Made by a program: the position numbers and the translations under genes
Shown: piece by piece, positions 1-7,161 of the stretch
How positions within the stretch are numbered: position 1 is the stretch's first letter
Layout of the letters: every line of letters starts with the position of its first letter
NCBI GenBank assembly: GCA_044866195.1
Contig: JBIOTT010000232.1
Coordinates: forward strand, 1 to 47,800
DNA from: Gemmatimonadales bacterium
Lineage (GTDB): Bacteria > Gemmatimonadota > Gemmatimonadetes > Gemmatimonadales > GWC2-71-9
DNA length: 47,800 nucleotides
Reading direction: 5' to 3'
The notes under the pieces: model-generated
The model's input: only the letters and a program-made list of their open reading frames with translations
Database searches by the model: none
Told to the model about the DNA's origin: nothing

Positions 1-2
1 CG

Positions 3-695
3 GTCGCCGCAGCCGGCACGGGGCAGCCGTCCGCCCGTCCGCCCGTCCGCCCGTCCGCCTATCCGCCCGTCCGCCCGTCCGCCCTCCGCCCGCCTCCCTT
101 GATGACTATTGGCCGCCTGCACTATGACGGCGGCGGCGACTGGTATGCGAACCCGTCGAGCCTTCCCAACCTCCTCCAGGCCATTCGTACCCGGACCAAT
201 CTCCGGGTCGCCCCCCAGGAGAAGCTTGTCACCCTGGCGGACGAGGACCTGTGGACCCTGCCGTACCTCCACATGACGGGGCATGGCAACGTCCGCTTTT
301 CCGACCAGGACCTCGCGACGCTGCGCGAATGGCTGCGCCAGGGCGGCTTCCTGCACGCAAGCGACAACTACGGCATGGATGCGTCCATCCGCCGCGAGCT
401 CGCCAGACTGTTTCCGGGTCACCCGCTGGTAGAGGTCCCACTCGACCACCCCATCTATCACCTGGTATACGACTTTCCCAAAGGGCTGCCCAAGATTCAC
501 GAGCACGATGGCAAGCCGGCCCAGGGCTTCGGCATCTTTCTCGACGGCCGACTCGTCGTGTTCTACGATTACCAATGCGATCTGGGCGACGGGTGGGAGG
601 ATCCCGACGTGCATCATGATCCACCCGAGAAGCACGAGGCGGCTCTCCGCATGGGGGTGAATCTGTTCGCGTATGCGGTGGGCTACGGCGGATGA
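3..695 (+). CDS. DUF4159 domain protein, 5'-truncated by the window edge
   Basis: Motifs 'IGRLHYDGGGDWYANPSSLPNLL', 'PYLHMTGHG', 'GGFLHASDNYG', 'DLGDGWED', 'ALRMGVN'. The frame is open from position 3 (VAAAGTGQPSARPPVRPSA...), so the true start is probably upstream of the window rather than the TTG at 99. ATGA overlap with the next gene. Confidence 0.85.
   Translation, partial: VAAAGTGQPSARPPVRPSAYPPVRPSALRPPPLMTIGRLHYDGGGDWYANPSSLPNLLQAIRTRTNLRVAPQEKLVTLADEDLWTLPYLHMTGHGNVRFSDQDLATLREWLRQGGFLHASDNYGMDASIRRELARLFPGHPLVEVPLDHPIYHLVYDFPKGLPKIHEHDGKPAQGFGIFLDGRLVVFYDYQCDLGDGWEDPDVHHDPPEKHEAALRMGVNLFAYAVGYGG
28..92. repeat. 8-nt tandem array (CGTCCGCC)n inside the DUF4159 reading frame
   Basis: About 8 partly degenerate CGTCCGCC units, translating to PSARPPVRPSAYPPVRPSALRPP. 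Confidence 0.9.
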
Positions 696-3600
696 CGGCC
701 GCAGCGACCGAGCAAGCGCTCGCGCGTCTGGCAGGGCCGCTCCGGATCCGAAGCCGGGCCGGTTGGGCGGCGGGAGCGATGGGTCTCACGACCCTCGTGC
801 TCGGCGGTGCCGCCTGGCTCGCCCGCTGGCAGCTGCTCACGGCGCCCTGGTGGGTCCTCGCGGCCTGGGTAGTCGCGCTCGGCGGGCTCGCCGCCGTACT
901 CGCGCTCGCCTGGCGCAAGGAGACGATGCTCGCCCCCCATTCCTTCGCCCGCCGGCTGGAAGAGGGGGGCGGGTGGCGCCACGGCGCCATCTCCACGCTG
1001 CTCGACCGGCCGGCCCCGGGCACCAGCGAGGCGCTGTTCGGGCTGGCCGATGCGGTGGGCGCGGCCGATGTTGCCCATCGCGGTCCGGCGGCCGCCGCGC
1101 CGCTGGCGCGCTCGGTGCGCCGCCGTCTGCTGGCGGGCCTCAGCGCACTGGCGCTGGGACTCCTTACCCTCGGCGCAGCAGGTCCGGTGCGGGGCGCTGC
1201 TGCCGCTCTCTGGCACCCGGCCCGGGCCTGGGAGGCAACCCTCGCGCCGGTGCGGCTCCGGGCAGCCAGCGCCCAGGTTGACCGGGGAGCCCGCGTAGCA
1301 CTGGACATCGAAGCCGTGGGGCGGCGTCACGCCATGCTCTGGCTGCGGGCCCCGGGCGAGGCGTGGCGCCCGATGCGGCTCCCGCTCGACTCGCTGGGCC
1401 GGGCCCGCTTCATCACGGGGCCGCTCGACAGCGATCTCTTCGCCCGCGCGACCAGCGGGCGCCGCACCTCGGATACGGTCCAGGTGCACGTCCGGCTGCC
1501 GGTTTTTCTCGGCACCGTCACGGTAACCGCGCACTATCCGCGATACCTCGGCCTCGACGATGAGCCGGTGCAGCTCGGGGGCGACACCATCCTCGTGCCG
1601 GCCGGGACTCGACTCGAGACCAAAGGCGAGGCCACGGCACCGCTTGCGTCCGCGGGCTGGACGCTCGCGGATCAGCGCGAAGAGCTCGCCGTCTCCGCGA
1701 CCCGCTTCTCGGGCAACTTCACGCCGCGAGGCTCGGGCATGTACCGGCTTTCGCTGGTCACCGCCGCCGGGGCCCCGCTCGCCGGAGACACCGTCCGGCT
1801 CCCGATCCGGGTGGTGGCCGACAGTGCGCCCCGGGTCGATGTCCCCATTCCGGGCTCGGACACCATCGCGCCGCTGAACCTTCGCGTACCCCTGGTCATC
1901 GATGTGCGAGACGACCACGGGATTCGCGCGGTTGCCGTCGAGAGCCGGCGCATCAGCCAGCTGGGCGGGGCCGATCCAGTGCGACGCGAGGCAGTGCCCG
2001 TCCCCGCCGGAACCGCAGACCGTGGCATCCTCTCGTATACCCTCGATCTCAATCGGCGCGGCCTCCTTCCGGGCGACACGGTCCGCTATCTCGCGGTGGC
2101 CACCGACAACTCGCCGTCGGCGCAGGCCGGGCGCTCGCGCGAGTTCGTGCTTCGGCTGCCCACGATGAGCGAAGTGCGCGCGGCGGAGCGGCAGACCAGC
2201 CGGGCAGTTGCCGGCCGGCTGGACAGCCTGGCGGCGGAAAGCCGCCGGCTCGAGCGCCGGACGGAGGACCTTGCCCGCGAGCAGCCGCGCAGAGAGGGGC
2301 AGGAGGGAAAGAGCCCCGAGGCACTCCCCTACGAGGAGGCGAAGCGGGCCGAGGCGGTGGCCGCGCAGCAGCGGAACCTGGTGGCGCAGGCGGAGGGGTT
2401 GCGCCAGTCGCTGGAGGCGCTGGAGAAGGCCGCCGAGGCCGCCGGCTTGCGCGATTCGGCCTGGCAGCAACAACTCGCCGAGATCCGCGACCAGCTGCAG
2501 CGGGCGCTGACGCCCGAGCTGCGGGAGCAGCTCGAGAAGCTGCAGCAGGCGCTCAAGGACCTGAACGCGGAAGCGACCAAGGAGGCGCTGGAGGAATTGG
2601 CGGAGCGGCAGCGCCAGCTGCGGGAAGCCTTGGAGCAAGCCAAGGAGCTGTTCCGGCGAGCGGCGATCGAAGGCGACCTCGCCAACCTGTCGCAGGAATC
2701 GCGCGATCTGGCCCAGGAACAGCGAAAATGGAGCGACCAGGTCGCTGCCGCCGACAGCGCCCGGGCCGCCGCCGCCGAGCAGCAGCTTGCCACCCGCACT
2801 GACTCGCTGGCGGCAGCCCTCAAGCAACTGAGCCCGCAGTTGCCGGCTGAGCGGCAGGACAAGATGGACCAGGCCGCGCAGCAGGCCGGCAACGCGGCCA
2901 AGCAGATGCAGCAAGCCGGCAAGTCGGCTCAGCAGGGCCAACGGGGCCGCGCCCGCCAGCAGGGCAAGCGGGCTGCCGATCAGCTCGAGCCGCTAGGCGA
3001 AAGCCTCGACCAGCAGCGGCAGGAGCTGCAGCAAGAGTGGCGGGCCGAGATCAGCGAGGGCCTCGACCGGGCATTGGCCGAGACCACTCGGCTCTCGGAG
3101 CGTCAACTCGCGATCGCTCGCGGGCTCCGGGGTGAGGCATCCACCGCCATGCGCCGAAGCGAGCAGGCGGCGGTGCAGGAGGGTGTGGGCCGGTTGCAGT
3201 CCCAGATCCGGAGCCTCTCCGGCAAGAACGCGCTGGTGCCGCGCCAGATCGCGGAGGCACTCGCCGGTGCGGAGCTGCAGATGACGCGCTCGCTCGAGGC
3301 TGTCTCATCGGCCAATCCCAATTCGCGCGAGGCGGCCGAGCGGGCGGGGGCGGCGGTGGACGCGCTGAACGTCGCCGCCTACCAGCTGCTTCGGGCTCGC
3401 TCGAGCGTCGCGGGAGCGGCGTCCGGCTCCGGGCTGGCCGAGGCCATGGAGCGCATGACTCAGCTGGCCGGGCAGCAGGGGCAGCTGGGACAGCAGGCCC
3501 AGGGGCTCATGCCGATGATGGGTGGCAAAGGCACCGCGGAGCAGCTGCGCCAGCTGGGCGCCCGGCAGCGCGCAATGGCGGAGCAGCTGGAGAAGCTTCG

Positions 3601-3958
3601 GGGCCAGGGAAACATGGCGGGCGCCGGCGAAATGGCGGAAGAGGGGAAGGACCTCGCGCGGCGGCTCGAGACCCAGCGGCTCGATCGGGAGACGGTGGAG
3701 CGGCAGGAGCGGCTCTTCCGGCGCATGCTGGATGCCGGCCGGACGCTGCAGGGCAAGCAGGAAGACGAGCGCAAGGAGCGGCAGAGCACTACGGCGAAAG
3801 ACGACAGCGTGCATCTGCCGCCGGCGCTGCGTGCCGAGCTGCTGGAGGACGGCAACCGGGTGCGAGTCCCGAGCTGGGAGGAACTGCAACGTCTCTCGCC
3901 AGAGGAACGGCGGCTCGTCGTCGACTACTTCAGGCAGCTGTCGGAAAGTGAGAAGTGA
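692..3958 (+). CDS. DUF4175-like large membrane-anchored protein (TM helices, Ig-like beta region, long Gln-rich coiled coil)
   Basis: 1088 aa. Hydrophobic N-terminal segments, 'VRDDHGIRAV' and 'VRYLAVATDN' motifs, long QELR-rich coiled coil, C-terminal 'LSPEERRLVVDYFRQL'. Coupled to DUF4159 by ATGA. Confidence 0.7.
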   Translation: MTAAATEQALARLAGPLRIRSRAGWAAGAMGLTTLVLGGAAWLARWQLLTAPWWVLAAWVVALGGLAAVLALAWRKETMLAPHSFARRLEEGGGWRHGAISTLLDRPAPGTSEALFGLADAVGAADVAHRGPAAAAPLARSVRRRLLAGLSALALGLLTLGAAGPVRGAAAALWHPARAWEATLAPVRLRAASAQVDRGARVALDIEAVGRRHAMLWLRAPGEAWRPMRLPLDSLGRARFITGPLDSDLFARATSGRRTSDTVQVHVRLPVFLGTVTVTAHYPRYLGLDDEPVQLGGDTILVPAGTRLETKGEATAPLASAGWTLADQREELAVSATRFSGNFTPRGSGMYRLSLVTAAGAPLAGDTVRLPIRVVADSAPRVDVPIPGSDTIAPLNLRVPLVIDVRDDHGIRAVAVESRRISQLGGADPVRREAVPVPAGTADRGILSYTLDLNRRGLLPGDTVRYLAVATDNSPSAQAGRSREFVLRLPTMSEVRAAERQTSRAVAGRLDSLAAESRRLERRTEDLAREQPRREGQEGKSPEALPYEEAKRAEAVAAQQRNLVAQAEGLRQSLEALEKAAEAAGLRDSAWQQQLAEIRDQLQRALTPELREQLEKLQQALKDLNAEATKEALEELAERQRQLREALEQAKELFRRAAIEGDLANLSQESRDLAQEQRKWSDQVAAADSARAAAAEQQLATRTDSLAAALKQLSPQLPAERQDKMDQAAQQAGNAAKQMQQAGKSAQQGQRGRARQQGKRAADQLEPLGESLDQQRQELQQEWRAEISEGLDRALAETTRLSERQLAIARGLRGEASTAMRRSEQAAVQEGVGRLQSQIRSLSGKNALVPRQIAEALAGAELQMTRSLEAVSSANPNSREAAERAGAAVDALNVAAYQLLRARSSVAGAASGSGLAEAMERMTQLAGQQGQLGQQAQGLMPMMGGKGTAEQLRQLGARQRAMAEQLEKLRGQGNMAGAGEMAEEGKDLARRLETQRLDRETVERQERLFRRMLDAGRTLQGKQEDERKERQSTTAKDDSVHLPPALRAELLEDGNRVRVPSWEELQRLSPEERRLVVDYFRQLSESEK

Positions 3959-3975
3959 GAGGTGAGAGGTAAGAG
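3948..3975. repeat. 7-nt tandem array at a gene junction
   Basis: GTGAGAA GTGAGAG GTGAGAG GTAAGAG. Contains the TGA stop (3956-3958) and the next GTG start (3962). Confidence 0.85.
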
Positions 3976-5710
3976 GGGCTGGCCGGCAGGCGTCGGCCTG
4001 GTGGCGGTTATTGCGTGCGCGGCGCACCTGTCGGCGCAGCAGTCGCCCGACCCGATGCGCCGCGCGTTCGAGCTCGAGCGGCAGGGCAACTATGCGGAGG
4101 CGGTGGCCGCCTACCGCGAGGTGCTCAAGCTGAAGCCGAGCGCGGCCGCTGCCCTCTTCGGCCTGGAACGCTCGCTGCTGGCGCTGGATCGGCCCACCGA
4201 GATCCTGCCGGACGCTCGGGCCGCGATCGCCGCGAGTCCAACCATCGGCGCGTTCTACGGCGTAGCGTTGCGGGCATGGGCGGCAGCCGACCGGCCCGAC
4301 AGCGTGCGGGCGGTGGCCGAGCGGTGGGCCGCACTCGACCCGGCCGACGAGACGCCCTATCGCGAGTGGGGCACGGCCTCGCTCGCGCGGCGCGACCACG
4401 CGGAGGCCCGCCGGGCCTATCTGACCGCACGGGAGCGGCTCCATAAACCCGATGCGCTGGCCGGAGAGCTGGCCCTGGTCCTCTCGCAGGAGCAGGACTG
4501 GATTGCGGCGGCGCACGAGTGGGCGGCGGCGGTGGCCAAGGTGGGGGGGTACCGTGGCACCGCGGTGCGAGCGCTGGCCCCAGCGCCGGAGGGCGTCCAG
4601 CCCCGGCTGCTCCAGCTTCTCGCAGAGGAACCCGCCCCCGCAGCGCGCTGGCTCGAGTCTGACCTCACCGCCCGGTGGGGTGATCCGCTGGGCGGGTTCG
4701 AGATCCTGGCCGCAAACCTCCCGGCCGACCGCATCCGCGCGCTCGAGGCAGTGTCGGGATTCCTGGACCAGCTCCGAGATCAGACCAGCCTTCCGGCGCG
4801 GCGGGCGCAGGGGCTTGCCCTCGCCGCGCTCGCCGAGCGGACGCCCGGGCCGCGCGGCTCGCAGCTTCGGCTCGAGGCGGCACAGGCCTTTGCCGACGCC
4901 GGCGACGAGGCGGCCGCGCGCCGTCTGCTCAGTGGTGTGACGGCAGACGCGGGAACAGCGAACGCGATCACGGCCGGCGCCGCGACCACGCTGGTGAGCG
5001 TACTGCTGAAGGAGGGGAAGGTCGAGGAAGCGGAGCGGAAGCTCGACCAGCTCCGGCCGGGCCTGGTGAGCGAGGACTGGCTGGCACTGCGGCGCGCGGT
5101 GGCGTGGGGCTGGGTCCGGGCGGGCCAGCTGGGAAGGGCCGACTCCATGGTCGCTCGGGACTCGAGCGTCGAGGGCCTCGCCCTGACGGGCCGGCTTCGC
5201 CTCTTTCGGGGCGAGCTGGACAGTGCAACGGCGCTGCTCAAGCTGGCCGGCCCCTACGCCGGCACCCGGGAGGAGGCGACGGCCCGCGCGGCGATGCTCG
5301 CCATGCTGCAGCCGATCGAGGTCGAAAGCCTTCCGGCGCTCGGCGCGGCGCTGCTCACCGTCGAGCGGGGCGACACTGCCTCCGGGGTCGAGCAGCTGGA
5401 GCAGGTGGCGCGAGCGCTTCCGGTGGCTCAGGGCGGGGCGGAGATCCGGCTGTACGCGGGACGCCTGTCGCAAGCAGCCGGGCGCGTCGCCGACGCGGAG
5501 CGGGCGTTTCGGGCCGCAGCCGCGCCGGGCGCGAAGGCGACGGCACCATCCGCCCAGCTCGCGCTCGCCCAACTGCTGCTGGACGGCGGCCGGTCCAAGG
5601 AGGCGGCCGAGGTGCTGGAGCATCTGATCCTGGGCTATCCCGACAGCGCGCTGGTGCCGCAGGCCCGTCGCCTGCTCGACCAGGCCCGCGGTGCGGTGCC
5701 GAAGACGTGA
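3962..5710 (+). CDS. Exported tetratricopeptide-repeat protein
   Basis: Signal peptide (…VAVIACAAHLSA-QQ). TPR-like helices 'GNYAEAVAAYREVLKLKP' and C-terminal 'AAEVLEHLILGYPDSALVPQARRLL'. Confidence 0.8.
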   Translation: MRGKRGWPAGVGLVAVIACAAHLSAQQSPDPMRRAFELERQGNYAEAVAAYREVLKLKPSAAAALFGLERSLLALDRPTEILPDARAAIAASPTIGAFYGVALRAWAAADRPDSVRAVAERWAALDPADETPYREWGTASLARRDHAEARRAYLTARERLHKPDALAGELALVLSQEQDWIAAAHEWAAAVAKVGGYRGTAVRALAPAPEGVQPRLLQLLAEEPAPAARWLESDLTARWGDPLGGFEILAANLPADRIRALEAVSGFLDQLRDQTSLPARRAQGLALAALAERTPGPRGSQLRLEAAQAFADAGDEAAARRLLSGVTADAGTANAITAGAATTLVSVLLKEGKVEEAERKLDQLRPGLVSEDWLALRRAVAWGWVRAGQLGRADSMVARDSSVEGLALTGRLRLFRGELDSATALLKLAGPYAGTREEATARAAMLAMLQPIEVESLPALGAALLTVERGDTASGVEQLEQVARALPVAQGGAEIRLYAGRLSQAAGRVADAERAFRAAAAPGAKATAPSAQLALAQLLLDGGRSKEAAEVLEHLILGYPDSALVPQARRLLDQARGAVPKT

Positions 5711-5716
5711 GCGTTC

Positions 5717-7006
5717 ATGAGACGGCGTGACTTCGTCGCTCGGACGCTGGGCGCTCTGGCCGCATTCAGTCCGGTCGGCCGCCTGCGCGCCGCCGGGCGG
5801 GGGGCGGGGTGGCTTCTGGTTCCCATGGACGACGCCCAGAGCGACCATCTCAAGGCGTACGGCCTCACCTACCGGGCCGTGCAGCGCGGCGTCCGGGCCG
5901 AATGGCTGCTCAACTATCGCAACGGGTCGTTCCTGATCCCGGCCGACCAGGCCACGCCGCGCGACGCCGCACTGTCCGGGATCACTGTCGAGCCGGTCGA
6001 CGACGGCGCGGTTCTCCAGCTCCGGGCGCAGATCCAGGGCGGGAACATGGATGCCATTCCGCTGGAGAAGCCGCCGAAGGTCGCGGTGTACGTCCCCCCG
6101 AACGCGCCGCCGTGGGACGACGCCGTCACCATGGCGCTCAACTATGCGGGGATCGAGTTTGAAAAGATCTGGGATCCGGAGGTGTTGCGAGACGGCCTCA
6201 AGAAGTACGACTGGCTGCACCTGCATCACGAGGACTTCACCGGACAGTACTCGAAGTTCTATCTCAACTATGCGGGTGCCCCCTGGCTGCTCGACATGGT
6301 GAAGCAAAACACCGCCATGGCCAGGATGCTGGGGTTCGCGAGCGTGCCGGAGGAGAAGAAGGCCGTGGCTCGGGCCATCGCGGCATACGTGGAGCGGGGC
6401 GGCTTTCTGTTCGCCATGTGCACTGCGACCGAGACGCTGGATCTCGCGCTGGCAGGGCAGGGCGTCGATATCGCGACCGACTATGCCGACCGGACGCCGA
6501 TGGATCCAGGCGCGTCGGCCAAGATGCACTGGGAGCTCGCGCTCGCGTTCCAGAATGCCAAGCTCGAGCTCAATGCCTCGGTGCCGGTGTTCTCCGACAT
6601 CGACGGCCACCAAGTGAACTCACTCGACCGGCGCCAGCCGCTCGGCTCGTTCGCGCTGTTCAATTTCAGCGCCAAGATCGACCCGGTCGCCACCATGCTG
6701 GTTCAGAATCACCGCCAGGTCATTCCGGACTTCTATGGGCTCACCACCTCGTTTACCCGGCGGACCCTCAAGCCGAGCGTCACCGTTCTCGCGGATGAAC
6801 CGGGAGCGCCCTGGGTCAAGTACGTTCATGGCGAACGGGGGCAGGGAACCTGGACCTTCTTTGGTGGGCACGATCCGGAAGACCCGCAGCATCAGATCGG
6901 CGACCCACCCACCGATCTTTCCCTCCATCCGCATTCGCCGGGCTACCGGCTGATCCTGAACAACGTGCTCTTCCCCGCGGCAAAGAAAAAGGAACTGAAA
7001 ACCTGA
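5717..7006 (+). CDS. Tat-exported class I glutamine amidotransferase-like protein (family often labelled 'asparagine synthetase B', probably a misnomer)
   Basis: Twin-arginine 'MRRRDFV'. Family motifs 'LVPMDDAQSDHLKAYG', 'PWDDAVT', 'YDWLHLHHEDFTGQY', 'GGFLFAMCTATET', 'GGHDPED', 'SPGYRLILNNVLFPAAKKK'. Confidence 0.75.
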   Translation: MRRRDFVARTLGALAAFSPVGRLRAAGRGAGWLLVPMDDAQSDHLKAYGLTYRAVQRGVRAEWLLNYRNGSFLIPADQATPRDAALSGITVEPVDDGAVLQLRAQIQGGNMDAIPLEKPPKVAVYVPPNAPPWDDAVTMALNYAGIEFEKIWDPEVLRDGLKKYDWLHLHHEDFTGQYSKFYLNYAGAPWLLDMVKQNTAMARMLGFASVPEEKKAVARAIAAYVERGGFLFAMCTATETLDLALAGQGVDIATDYADRTPMDPGASAKMHWELALAFQNAKLELNASVPVFSDIDGHQVNSLDRRQPLGSFALFNFSAKIDPVATMLVQNHRQVIPDFYGLTTSFTRRTLKPSVTVLADEPGAPWVKYVHGERGQGTWTFFGGHDPEDPQHQIGDPPTDLSLHPHSPGYRLILNNVLFPAAKKKELKT

Positions 7007-7014
7007 TTGTTTGC

Positions 7015-7153
7015 ACCGCAGAGGCGCAGAGAGCGCGGAGGGATGCATCGTTCTGCTACGCTGCGCCCATTCCGACCTGCTAGATTCGTTCAAATGACGA
7101 TTTGGAATGCTCTTGGTGCGGGAAGTTCTCTGCGCCCTCTGCGCCTCTGCGGT
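7015..7153. repeat. REP-like inverted repeat, CACCRCRGAG family, long spacer
   Basis: ACCGCAGAGGCGCAGAGAGCGCGGAG (7015-7040) and CTCTGCGCCCTCTGCGCCTCTGCGGT (7128-7153), 24/26 complementary. Confidence 0.9.
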
Positions 7154-7161
7154 TCACAACA

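Noticed and set aside
683-6613. Long antisense ORFs (752 aa, 1102 aa) and similar shadow ORFs elsewhere (e.g. 24486-26294, 24578-26992)
   Set aside because: They overlap well-supported genes, have Arg/Ala/Gly/Pro-rich junk composition and no motifs, as expected from stop-codon scarcity in high-GC DNA.
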